Shown piece by piece: positions 47,016 to 57,705 of a stretch of 62,087 bases of DNA (within the stretch, counting starts at the first letter, position 1; the number at the start of each line of letters is the position of its first letter). Origin of the DNA: Candidatus Yanofskybacteria bacterium (GTDB lineage: Bacteria > Patescibacteriota > Minisyncoccia > 2-02-FULL-40-12 > GWA2-44-9). The notes under the pieces are model-generated. The model made no database searches. It had not been told where the DNA came from and was given only the letters and a program-made list of their open reading frames with translations. A program made the position numbers and the translations under genes. The stretch lies in contig JADZAY010000006.1 of assembly GCA_020852375.1 (NCBI GenBank), positions 1 to 62,087 of the forward strand, read 5' to 3'.

Positions 47016-47468
47016 TTATCCAATAACGAGCACCGAAACTGCGGCGAGCTGGATATTCTCGCCGAGCTTCGCGATCGCTTGGTTGATGACGTCCTGTACG
47101 GTGAGCGACGGATCTTTCACGAATGGTTGTGTGAGCATCTCGGCGGCATCCGCAGGGCGCATCGCACTTGCATGCATCGCAAGGTCGCGCGCAAGCGTTT
47201 TGAAGTCGTCGTTACGGGCAACGAAATCCGTCTCGCACCCGACTTGGACCATAGCGCCGATCTTCCCGGTGCTATGCACGTATGCGCCGATAGCGCCGTC
47301 CTTCACCTCGCGCTCCGCCTTCTTGGCGGCAGCGGCTCCGGCCTGCGAGCGGAGGAGCTCGAGTGCGCGCTCCTTGTCGCCGCTGACCTCGTCGAGCGCC
47401 TTCTTGATCTTATCGAACGAGAGCCCCGTCTCGTCGCGAAGTTCCTTGATCAGTTCAACAGTGCTCAT
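47016..47468 (-). CDS. tsf: Elongation factor Ts (minimal, 150 aa)
   Basis: IKELRDETG, CETDFVARN, KLGENI. Follows rpsB. Confidence 0.95.
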   Translation of the reverse strand: MSTVELIKELRDETGLSFDKIKKALDEVSGDKERALELLRSQAGAAAAKKAEREVKDGAIGAYVHSTGKIGAMVQVGCETDFVARNDDFKTLARDLAMHASAMRPADAAEMLTQPFVKDPSLTVQDVINQAIAKLGENIQLAAVSVLVIG

Positions 47469-47486
47469 GAAATGAATGATACACCA

Positions 47487-48185
47487 CTACGCCGCCTTCG
47501 TCTGCAGATGCTCGCGCATCGCCACGAGGAGGAGGTCGACCGACTTCTTCGAGCGGTCGTTCGCAGGGATGACCTGCACGAGACCCTTCGGGTTCGCATC
47601 GGTGTTCGCGATCGACATCACCTTTACTCCCATCTTGGTTGCCTCATGGATGGCGAGCGCGCCCTCACGGACGGACGAGACGACCACCATATCCGGCATA
47701 CGGGTCAGCTTCTTGAGGCCCTCAAAGTTGCGTGTCATCTCGGCGAGCTCACGGCTCAGTTCGAGCTGCTCTTTCTTAGTGTATTTCTCCCAGCGGCCGG
47801 CGGCTTTGTCTTCCTCAAGCTGGATCAGGCGCTTCACGCGGGCATTGATCACCTTGAAGTTCGTCAGGGTACCGCCAAGCCAGCGATCCATGACATACGG
47901 CATACCCGCCGCATCGGCGAGTGCGCGCATGGACTCCTGCGACTGCTTGGTCGGCGCAACAAACAGCACCAAACCGCCCTCCTGAAGGGTTTTGTTCAAA
48001 AGATCGATGGCGGAGCTGAGTGCCGCCTGAGTCTTGAGCAGGTCGATGAGGCAAATGCCGTCACGGACCGAGAACACATACTGCCCCATCGTGGGGTTAA
48101 ATACGGTTCGCTTGCGGCCGAAGTGCATACCGGCCTGCAGCATCTCTTCGTACGGGATCAATGAGTCCTTCTCGGTATCGGTCAT
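47487..48185 (-). CDS. rpsB: 30S ribosomal protein S2
   Basis: AGMHFG, RWLGGTLTNF, IPANDRS. Confidence 0.97.
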   Translation of the reverse strand: MTDTEKDSLIPYEEMLQAGMHFGRKRTVFNPTMGQYVFSVRDGICLIDLLKTQAALSSAIDLLNKTLQEGGLVLFVAPTKQSQESMRALADAAGMPYVMDRWLGGTLTNFKVINARVKRLIQLEEDKAAGRWEKYTKKEQLELSRELAEMTRNFEGLKKLTRMPDMVVVSSVREGALAIHEATKMGVKVMSIANTDANPKGLVQVIPANDRSKKSVDLLLVAMREHLQTKAA

Positions 48186-48326
48186 GTGGGTCGTGCCCGG
48201 TGCCGTGCACTGTCTGGCGCGTCTCTGGTCCCTGAGGGCCCACACGCCGCACTACCGGACAAATCAATTATTACGCCGGAATAGCATAGCAAAAGAGCGA
48301 TCGTCTGGCAAGTGGCACAGGCTCCG

Positions 48327-49289
48327 CTACTCTCGGTCGGATGCCGTTTTGCAGGAGAGCGGGTAGAGCTGTAACTGCTCGATATCGACGCTCCCGCCCG
48401 AGGACGAGCTCACCCAACCAAGGGCGACCCCGTAGAGATGCCGCTCCTTCGGTGGAACGACCGACGATGGAATGCTTGTTTTTACCCACTGCTGCCCGTC
48501 AACGCGCATATACATATCGCCTCCCGGTGTGATGTACCATTGAATGTCGACCATGCGGTCCGGCCATGTCTGCGGCTGCGAAAGCGGGAAGAGGCTTGGA
48601 TTGCCGACCCCGAAGTTATTATGCTGATATGCGACACCGCCCAGCATCGGATATGGCGTCGGGGTGACCCCGACCGGCACAATCTGCTGGGTCGCCCCGA
48701 CCGTCAGATCGCGGACCCATGTCCCATCCGCCGGCCAGAGTGCGGAATTGTACCCGCCCAGCAGCATAATAGGGCTACTTGCCAAGCACCCGGTGCACGA
48801 AAAGTAGTGCTGGACTCGGGAAAGATTCACACGGAGATGCCCCGCCAGTGCGTTCATCGGTTCAGAAAACCGCTTCAACACGACGCGCTCGTACGAGTGT
48901 GTACCGGCCGGACCTCCCGTCGCGCGCAGCGTCCAATACCTGCGAACATACCGCCCCCAAAGACTGGCCGGCTGGACAAGCGAAAGATATTTGCCGTTTC
49001 GGATCTCGGAGAACACTCCGCCGGCGGTCATGTCCGTGCCGTTCCGCCACCGAGCATCCAGAAACGCCGGGCACGCGAATGGATCCCGACACACACCTTC
49101 TGCTCCGCAGTACATCCCCGCCGGGCATGCGGCATCACCTGAACACTCGATCACCAAGCGCTCCCCGCTGGCACTACTGCGTGCAAAAAGAAGGTTCTCC
49201 CGTTGCCACGCGACCGCACTCACAGCACCCACAACGAACAGCGCGGCCCCGACGGCATGAAGGAAGAATAGCGGTCTTCGGATGGCCAT
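48327..49289 (-). CDS. Exported protein with Cys-rich module and beta-rich domain
   Basis: N-terminal TM/signal and [19 protein letters not shown]. Confidence 0.65.
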   Translation of the reverse strand: MAIRRPLFFLHAVGAALFVVGAVSAVAWQRENLLFARSSASGERLVIECSGDAACPAGMYCGAEGVCRDPFACPAFLDARWRNGTDMTAGGVFSEIRNGKYLSLVQPASLWGRYVRRYWTLRATGGPAGTHSYERVVLKRFSEPMNALAGHLRVNLSRVQHYFSCTGCLASSPIMLLGGYNSALWPADGTWVRDLTVGATQQIVPVGVTPTPYPMLGGVAYQHNNFGVGNPSLFPLSQPQTWPDRMVDIQWYITPGGDMYMRVDGQQWVKTSIPSSVVPPKERHLYGVALGWVSSSSGGSVDIEQLQLYPLSCKTASDRE

Positions 49290-49374
49290 ACCCCACCAGC
49301 ATACCACACGCAGATGAGGTCGCCTGTGGAGAATCCTGGACAGAATCGCCCCGAGCTGCTATACTGGGAACGCT

Positions 49375-49596
49375 ATGAAGGCAGATATCCACCCAATCTA
49401 TCATCCCACCGCAAAGGTCTCCTGCGCATGCGGGAACAGCTTTGCCGTGGGCAGCACCAAGGAGAAGCTCGAGGTGAGCATCTGCTCCGCGTGCCACCCG
49501 TTCTACACGGGCACCGAAAAGATCGTCGACACCCGCGGTCGCGTCGACCGCTTCAAGAAGCGCCTCGCGAAGAGCGCATCCACCGCGAAGAAGTAA
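49375..49596 (+). CDS. rpmE: 50S ribosomal protein L31 (Zn type)
   Basis: [24 protein letters not shown]. Confidence 0.97.
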   Translation: MKADIHPIYHPTAKVSCACGNSFAVGSTKEKLEVSICSACHPFYTGTEKIVDTRGRVDRFKKRLAKSASTAKK

Positions 49597-49640
49597 CGGC
49601 ATCGGCCGCCGGAAAAGGCGGCTTTTGCATTGTACACGTC

Positions 49641-50480
49641 ATGTCGGATCATCACGACGACAATCAAGCCCACGACTGGCGGTACTGGGCGGAGATGGGC
49701 AAGAAACAGAAGGCCGCGGAGGGCGGTAGTGCGCCAGGCAACGAGGCCATCGTTGAGGTTCGGCCCGGTGCCGGCGGCGATGAAGCCGCTCTGTTCGGAA
49801 TGGAGCTGCTTCAGATGTACAAGAAGTATGCCGCGCTCAAAGGCTGGCGGGTGACCGTCATCGACTCCAATGAAACCTCCCTTGGCGGGCTCAAATACGT
49901 CTCATTCGAGATCTCGGGAGCCGGGGCCTACGATGCCATGAAGAACGAATCCGGTGTTCACCGTGTCCAGCGGGTTCCAGAGACCGAAAAGTCAGGCCGC
50001 GTCCACACCAGCACCGTGACGGTCGCCGTTCTGAAAAAGGCGACCGAGCAGGAAGTCACCATCAACCCGAACGATCTCGAGGTCACGTTTTCGCGCGCCG
50101 GAGGCCCGGGCGGACAAAATGTGAACAAGGTTGAAACGGCCGTCCGCCTCCACCATAAGCCCAGCGGCATCGTCATCTCTGCACGAGAAGAACGCTCCCA
50201 GCTGGCGAACCGCGAGCGCGCTATGGAAGTGCTTCGCACCAAACTGGCCGAACTGCAGCGCCTCGAACAGACCGGAAATGTGTCCGAGGAGCGGCGAAAG
50301 CAGGTGGGTACCGGAGATCGAAGCGAGAAGATCCGAACTTACAACTTCCCCCAGGATCGCATCACCGACCACCGCATCAAGGAAAGCTGGAGTAATATCC
50401 CGAAGATTCTCGGAGGAGATATGGATCGCATTGTGACCGCCTTGCAGGAGGGGCTCAAGGATGGTAGTACGACGGCATGA
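49641..50480 (+). CDS. prfA: Peptide chain release factor 1 lacking most of domain 1
   Basis: [20 protein letters not shown] (PxT), [25 protein letters not shown]. Confidence 0.92.
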   Translation: MSDHHDDNQAHDWRYWAEMGKKQKAAEGGSAPGNEAIVEVRPGAGGDEAALFGMELLQMYKKYAALKGWRVTVIDSNETSLGGLKYVSFEISGAGAYDAMKNESGVHRVQRVPETEKSGRVHTSTVTVAVLKKATEQEVTINPNDLEVTFSRAGGPGGQNVNKVETAVRLHHKPSGIVISAREERSQLANRERAMEVLRTKLAELQRLEQTGNVSEERRKQVGTGDRSEKIRTYNFPQDRITDHRIKESWSNIPKILGGDMDRIVTALQEGLKDGSTTA

Positions 50481-50992
50481 CCAGTCAGCCGCCACTCATC
50501 GATCCCATCGGACCGGCGCTCCCCGGACCGCTCTTCACCCCCCGTCCCGGATGGGGCGGCAAGCTCCGCGCCTGGCTTACTGACCACGCGTACCTGCTCG
50601 TATTTCGGGTCGTCCTTCTCGTCGCCCTCCTCCTCATCGGACGCTCCCTCTGGCACGCTCGTTCGCTGCCCAGCACATCCCCCGCCCCAACCCCGACACC
50701 GGTGATAGCGCAGAACATTGCCCTGACCGCACGCCCAGGAGACGGACTCACCGACCTCGCCGCCCGTGCCATCGACCTTCTCCTCGCCTCCGGATCGGCA
50801 ACCATCCGCCTCGACGCAGCCCAACATCTTTTCGCGGTTGATTCGCTCGCCCGCGCCATGGGCTGGCGGCGCCTCCTCCTGAACGAAGAGCTCCTCTTCA
50901 AAACATCGGACATCACCGCGGCAGTTCTCCAGGCGCTCACCCTCTCTCCCTCCCGCCACGCCGCTTGGGAGCGCCTGCTCTCTACGCGTTGA
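50477..50992 (+). CDS. Bitopic membrane protein with Pro-rich linker
   Basis: One TM and SPAPTPTP. Start overlaps the prfA stop. Confidence 0.6.
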   Translation: MTSQPPLIDPIGPALPGPLFTPRPGWGGKLRAWLTDHAYLLVFRVVLLVALLLIGRSLWHARSLPSTSPAPTPTPVIAQNIALTARPGDGLTDLAARAIDLLLASGSATIRLDAAQHLFAVDSLARAMGWRRLLLNEELLFKTSDITAAVLQALTLSPSRHAAWERLLSTR

Positions 50993-51039
50993 CATAGCTT
51001 CAACATAAAGGTACGCTGAGTACCTCTTGGGAGGAAGTC

Positions 51040-51359
51040 ATGAAGCGATTGACGGAGCTCGTTGCAAAGATCACCAGCGGCGACGCCGAGGAGGAGGCGC
51101 CTCCGCCCAACAAGGTCGAGGTCCTCTACTGTGGCATGTGCAATGGCGCATTCGGCTGAGCAACAACCAGCGTCGCTTCTGTCCATCGTGTAAAACGAGC
51201 GACGACGGCGCACCAGTAACGCTAGTCCTGTGTTGCTACGAATGCAAGAAGCCGCTCGCGGCTCTCAACGGAGGTGGATACCACTGCCTCTCCTGCAACT
51301 TCTCGCCATCCATGCAGGACCTCTGCTTCGAGTACATCGAAGAGGTCACCTTCTCCTAG
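51040..51359 (+). pseudogene. Frameshifted multi-Zn-ribbon protein (4 CxxC)
   Basis: Promoter TTGACA-17-TACGCT and GGAGG SD. The ORF from 51040 stops after CGMCNGAFG, and the rest continues in the -1 frame. Confidence 0.7.
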
Positions 51360-51433
51360 CTGTTCGCCCACTTCGGTGGGCTTTTTCATACACAAAGCCC
51401 CGCGATCGCGGGGCTTTGTTCGAGATTCGAGTA

Positions 51434-52138
51434 TTACTCCGTTGCCTCGGCAGGAGCGGCTTCTGCGCCCTCTTCGCCTTCCTCGGCAGGCTTCTCCTCC
51501 TTCTTGATCTCCTCCACGGCCGACACATCGGTCGTCGGAGCGGCCAGTTCTGCCTCAAGCTCAGCCTCGGACTTCGGCTCCTGAACGGTCGCGATGATCT
51601 CATCGGCGCCACCGACCAGAACCGCGTCATCGACGTTCACGTCACCCAAGGTGATCTGATCGCCAAAGTTCTTCAGAGAGCTGACATCAACCGTGACCTC
51701 ATGAGGCAAGTTCTGCGGAAGCGCCTCAACTTCGAGCTCGTTCACGTTGCGGACGAAGATCGCCTTCAGCTCCTTGACCGCCGGGCTCTCGCCCACAAAG
51801 ACCACCGGCACCATCGCCTTGATCTTCTCGGTCAGAGACACCTTGTAGAAATCGGCATGGAGCGTCTCACCGGTCAGCGCATCGCGCTCAACCTCTTTGA
51901 TGATCGTCGGGTACGACTGACCTCCGACCTTCAGGTACACCAGCGTAGATTCGCCGGCCTTGCGGAAAATGCCATCGAACTCCTTCCCCGACACCTGGAC
52001 GCTCATAGCCTCCTGGCCCTTACCGTAGAGCACCGCCGGAACAACGCCGGTCGCCCGGAGCTGACGAACACGACTGCCCACGATATCGCGGGTTGAGGCC
52101 TCAAGTTCCAATTTTGCTGCGGTCGAATGCTTGGTCAT
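51434..52138 (-). CDS. rplY: 50S ribosomal protein L25/Ctc
   Basis: VPAVLYG, HADFY, EVEALPQNLP, acidic tail. Confidence 0.95.
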   Translation of the reverse strand: MTKHSTAAKLELEASTRDIVGSRVRQLRATGVVPAVLYGKGQEAMSVQVSGKEFDGIFRKAGESTLVYLKVGGQSYPTIIKEVERDALTGETLHADFYKVSLTEKIKAMVPVVFVGESPAVKELKAIFVRNVNELEVEALPQNLPHEVTVDVSSLKNFGDQITLGDVNVDDAVLVGGADEIIATVQEPKSEAELEAELAAPTTDVSAVEEIKKEEKPAEEGEEGAEAAPAEATE

Positions 52139-52247
52139 CTGCGAAAATAGTTAGTCGCTCACCAGAGCGCGTAGGAAGAAATGATAACAGAATTCCCCGA
52201 AAACGCAATACCCCCGCCCCAGTATGGGCGGGGGTACGCGCAGACAC

Positions 52248-55200
52248 CTACGAGCGGTCTCCCTGAGACCGACGGAAAAACCACCACCAGAGCAGAATCG
52301 CGAGCAGGATGAGCAGGAGGATCCACCACGGGAATGACCACCCGAAGAAGCTCCCGATAGCAGCGACCTGATCGTTCCCAGAGCCGTCACCGATCGTCGA
52401 GGGCGTCGGGGTCGCCGATGCGGACGATGTCCCCCCTCCCACCTCGCCGCCGGTCAGCCCACCAAGCGTCTCCCCATTCACACCGCCACCGGTCGAACCG
52501 CCTCCGCCACCACGAGCCGGGGGTGTCGGGGTTGACGAACCACCTCCCTGATCGCCACCGGTCGGCGTCGGGGTCGCTGTCGGGCTATAGACGATGCCGC
52601 CGCCTCCGCCGCCGTTATCTGAAGCACGCGTAGCCGGTGTCGGTGTAGGAGTCGGGGTCGGAGTCTCTTCTTCACCGTCATCGGACCGGTAGGTATTCGT
52701 GATCGTACAGGTCACCTCTTCGCCGGACGAAAGCGAGATGCCGCCCTGCAAGCACGCCTCATTGTAGGATGCCACATAACTCGCGAGTTCCGGCGATTCG
52801 GTAATGCTATGGTCCCCGGCCGCGACTGTATACCACTGGTTATGCGCGACCAGGATGCCATCGGTGTAGAGCGAGAAGTCGGAAGATGCCAGCTCGCCGA
52901 ATTGACCGTTCACGACCACTTTTCGAACGCGGAGCAACGGAGACACCGGCCCATCGCCGTCGCAGACCCCAACCCCATCATCATGGGATGCCGATGTCTG
53001 GAACGGAATGGTCGAGCCGTACTCATCACCGGTCGGAACGGTCGCCTGCACCATCAACGATTCCCCGGGATGATCACCAGTCTCAAGGTAGACCGACTCC
53101 CCTGCAGGGACGATACCGAATCCGCTTTCTCCCGGCCCGGAACCGATGGTCCAATCAAAGGAGAGCGGAAAATCATTCGGATTGAAGACGCGCCAGCGCC
53201 AGGAGCCCTCGACATCATTACTACACGCAGAAGTCACCTCCAGATACTGCGTCGGGATGACTGCATCGCTGTGGTTGCCAAAGTCCAACCCACTCACCGG
53301 CTCGCCGCTCGGCGTGACCGAGTGGCATCCCGGTGCGGTCGGGTAGGTCTGCGCCCACCCTTCCTGCTGAACCTCGCACACCAACACCTCTTCTGCGGCA
53401 TCGGAGATATCAATGGAGTAGCTCCCGTAGCCATCGGTCGTATCGGTTCCGATGTGACGGTAGATCTTTACGGTAAGGCTGCCAACATTATCACCATACC
53501 AGCTTACATTCGGAGTGTTCGTGCTCGCATCACCATCGAACACGCGGAAGTTGACCGACGTTCCCGATGCCGTGAACATGCGCGCATAGGCATGGTCGCT
53601 GTTGTATGGCCCCCAGTCTCCGAACTGCTGGGCTATCTGAAGCTCAAGAATACCGTCGCCATACCCGGTGAACCCGTCCATGTGCGATGCCCAGGTGTCC
53701 TCGGTAGAGTATTCGGTATCCACGAGGTTCAGCGGTGAACGGCGGTTTTCCCAAGTGCCCGTGGCAACCGCGAGGTAATCCCCCGCCGGAAGCGCGGAGC
53801 TGTCGACTCCGCCCATAGCTGCGGCATCCACTGAAAGCGTCTCGACATACTCGTACGCATTGATGGTCCAGCCGGCAAGACCCGCATCCTCTTCATCTTT
53901 CTGCCCGTTGCTGTTGTGGTCGTTGAACTTCATACCCGACACCGTCGGCGACGGCGTGGGAACCGGATCCGGCCCATCGTTCACGATGGTAAAGGTCTCC
54001 TGCGAGCCCTCCACCGCGACCGATGTGAGGCCGCTCACATTAGTCCAGCCATCCTGCTGAACCTCATCCACCGTATAGTTTCCCAACGGAACGCTCTCGA
54101 ATGTCGCGCACCCGTTCTCGCCGCCGGTCGTGCCGAGGTAGCCGGGATATATATCAACGGTAAGACTACCTTCGTTGTTCTGCGGGTATACATCGTTGAG
54201 CGTGAACACCACCGCGTTTCCCGTACCCGTAAATGGGATGGCGTAGGTGTGCCCGCTGAAGTAGGAACCCCAGTCGGGTGAGGCACCATTGACCTGAAGG
54301 TCGAGCAGCTCGGGTCCATAGCTTTCATAGTTCTGCACGAGATCTGTCCATGTCGTACTCGGCGCGCGCACCGAGTACTTCGCGTCGGCGGTAATGCCGT
54401 CGTTCGCCCAGTAGGTACCGCGTGCGACGAGCACATACGGCTCGTCGCTCGCGAGCGTCGCCAAAGAGGAGGCCGCGATTGGAGTGCCGCTCCCACTGTA
54501 CGCGGGCACGGTGACGGTTTCGAGCTTCTCGCCCAGCAACATGACACGCCATCCGGCCTGCGGAGCCTCATCCTCGTCCAACTTACATACATTCACAGTC
54601 GCCGCGATAGGATCCGGTCCATCGTTCACGATGGTAAAGGTCTCCTGCGCATCATCCACGGTCACCCCACCAAGACCGCTCACATTGGTCCAGCCGTCCT
54701 GCTGGATCTCATCCACTGTATAGTCGCCATGCGGGACATTCGTGAACGTCGCACAGCCGTTCTCGCCGATCGTCGTACCAAGACGACCGGAGTAAATATC
54801 GACGGTCAGCGTCCCGCTGTTGTCGCCATACGCACTATCGAGGATACGAAAGTCCACCGGACCACCGGCCGTCGCGTATGCCTGCGCGTAACGATGATCG
54901 GCGTTGAAGGCGTCGCCCCAGTTGTGCGCGGTCTGCCCACCCACCAACAAGCTCAAGTACCCGGTCCATGGGGCAGCAAAATTATTGCCGTTCGCCCACG
55001 GTGCATACACGCCCAGCGTACCGCCCGTATAATATCCGGCCTCTCCGGCCTGCCGCTTCGAGAACGCCGCGTCAGCATCGGTCGCGTTCGGATCGCTCGG
55101 TCGATACGAGTACGTCCCGTTCGCGATGAACACATAACTCCCCGATGCCAGCGGAGCCGACGCGTGCACAGCACCGTCGGCGGGCACAGTCACCGAACCG

Positions 55201-57136
55201 ATATAGTCACCCAACAACATCACCTGCCAGTCACTCTGCGGCTGCTGACGCTCGTTCAGCTTGCACACATTCACGGTCGAGGGCGGCGTTGGCTCAAAGT
55301 CAAATGTTGCCGTGTGCGTGTTCAGCCCCGTTTTGATGCCGACGACGGCCTTATCGAGGTTCTCCGCGTATCCATCGGGATACGGCTCACCGACGCGAAT
55401 ACCGAGGAACGCCCCGTTGCGAGGGTTCGCACTGCGGGATAATCGGAAAGGATTTGGCTCCACGTCTTCGGTGTCGTCCCTGGTTGCCCGGTCACTGGCC
55501 ATGTTGCCCCAGAGTAGCGCCAGAGAGCGGCGCCCCCATTGATAGCATCCCACTCCTGCCAGGTGTCTTGTGCAACGGATCCGTTGTCAGACGGCAAGAA
55601 CACGAGCCGCCTCTGCCAGGTGTTCGCACCCGTGAAATCAACATTGAACTGCAAGTAGCCGGAACGATTCGCGCTCCCGCCGTTGCCTGCGGATGGATTG
55701 TAGGTGCTGTATTTCAGCGAAGTAACATCTGCGAGCAGAACTCCACCATACCGCGAGGTGGCCAGATTGCGGCGTTGCGAGCCCGACACGCTGATCTGCA
55801 CGCTCCCATCGCCTAACGGTGCCGTGGCGGGCCCATTCACGAATGAGCCGAGCGTATTATCGGTGACATCGGTCTCATCGTTATAGAGGTACCACTTGCC
55901 AGAGTCGGTATACGCAGAGCCGAGGTCTTCCGCCCGGACCACAATGGTCTCGGATGTCTGCGTCGGCTGCGGGTTATAGGTGTTCGTGACAATGCAGGTC
56001 TTATTCTCCCCAACCGCCAATACAACACTCCCATTCTCGTCGCAGTCGTTTGAGAATGTCGGTGTAAAGCCAGCGACCGCCTCCTCTCCCACTGTGTAGG
56101 TTCCTGCGGAGAGCGGAATTGCGGTGTTCTGGGGGACTGGAGAGGCCGATGGCGATGTCACCGAAGAAAGTGTCAGCTGAAAGTCAGCTGGAACAGCATC
56201 GGTTTCTCCCTCAACATGCTTGATGAGCGTAAGCGACGGCGCAAGGTCGTCGTTCGTAATCGTACATTCGTAGACCTGCCCGTATTCCGCATCCGTATTC
56301 AGGGAACATCCCTGATACTCGGCTCGATAGCCGGGCACCTCATCTTCGACGACCGAAAATGTTGTCGTACCGATGGTGAACTCCTGGAAATCCGCAGAGG
56401 TCGATGCGCGCACATCAAACCTGTCGGGCTGCGAAATCGTGAAGCTGAAGTCACCGGCACCCTTCGTGCCACCGTTGTCGTTGATGACAACCTTCCGAAC
56501 CTTCAGCTTCGGCGCGATCAGCTGATCTCCCGTAACTTCTACATCATCGATCCAAACCTTATCGGAATCCGAATCTAAGTGACTTACAAAACGAATATTG
56601 AAGCCAAGCTTGTTGCTCGCAGACGTCGGGAGCGTGTAGGAGGCATTGTGCCACTGACCATCATCTTTTGTGTCGTCGATAGTGTACGAAGCAGGAAATG
56701 GAGTCCAAGTGGAGCCGTCCATAGTCCATTCGGGCCGAACATAGTCACCGTCGCTGTCTTCGAGACCGTCATCAACATATGGGGCACCGTGATGGGGAAT
56801 CACGATTTTTCCCGCTCGATATGCAAAGGAAACAATAAGTCCTTCGTACCCGAGGCTACCCGATGCCGTAAATTTCGCCGTCAGATTGTCGTTGGAGCTT
56901 CCCGTATCACCCTTCGCCCGCACAGAACCGTCTGCAAGGTTGCCGGCGCCCCCATCATGCGCCCATTTCGCACTTGCGGGAACTTTTGTCCACTGTGAAA
57001 TGCCGCCCGAGAAGCTATCTGAAAATAACGAGGTCGGAGCCGCCAGCGTCGGAAGCGGGACGAACGAGGTTGCAAGCATCGCGAACACGGAGAGCGATGC
57101 GACGAGACGGTTGATACGATGTACGGTGCCTTTCAT
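52248..57136 (-). CDS. Giant cell-surface protein split by a 1-nt frameshift near 55412
   Basis: Signal peptide in ORF 55322-57136. Cna-B/SpaA-like and repeated modules, PT/G-rich stalk and C-terminal TM in ORF 52248-55553. One extra G joins the two. Confidence 0.8.
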
Positions 57137-57156
57137 ATGAAAGAATGAGTTAGTAC

Positions 57157-57239
57157 AAAAAAGCCGTTGACTGCTTTTCCGCGCGCGCTCGGGGCGCAGG
57201 AAAACAGGCAACGGCCTTCTTGGTTAGTACGAGACTAAC
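57157..57239 (-). terminator. Long terminator-like hairpin in the leader of the surface-protein gene
   Basis: GCCGTTG...CAACGGC stem (57215-57163) followed by T6, ending 20 nt before the ATG. Confidence 0.65.
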
Positions 57240-57315
57240 ACGGAACGAAAGAAACACGGTCAGCGAGTTAGCTGCCCTATGCTAGCACCATGCACTCGTG
57301 CGTCAATGAGGATAA

Positions 57316-57705
57316 CTAGCCGAGCAGGAGCGCGAGAAGACCGCCGAGGATGACCACATCGAACTCCCAGCCCATTTTGTTTCCCCCGTTGAACCCGATT
57401 TGCCAGCGAACCGCTTTGAAGTAGGTCGCGCCGACCATAATGACCGCAAGCAGGATGGCCGACCAATCGAACAGCTGCCCGAGATAGATGAACGGGCTCA
57501 AAACCAGCACAATGCCTCCGGCGAACTCGACGAACCCGTGCAGCAGCCCCGCCACCTTTGGCAGCCCGAGCGCACTGGCGATACCTCCCGGATTTCGAAG
57601 CTTCGGCCACCCGTGCACGACAAACACAACCCCCAGCACGACACTCAACACGATTGACCCCAGACCGGTATATGCAGAGAGGAATTCCATCATAGATTTC
57701 AACAA
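57316..57705 (-). CDS. DoxX family membrane protein
   Basis: FVVHGWPKL, VEFAGGI, GWEFD. Confidence 0.88.
   Translation of the reverse strand: MLKSMMEFLSAYTGLGSIVLSVVLGVVFVVHGWPKLRNPGGIASALGLPKVAGLLHGFVEFAGGIVLVLSPFIYLGQLFDWSAILLAVIMVGATYFKAVRWQIGFNGGNKMGWEFDVVILGGLLALLLG

Noticed and set aside
46674-48164. 496-aa plus-strand ORF
   Set aside because: Antisense to rpsB and tsf.
49314-49640. N-terminal extension of the RF1 ORF
   Set aside because: It overlaps rpmE in another frame and does not resemble RF1 domain 1.
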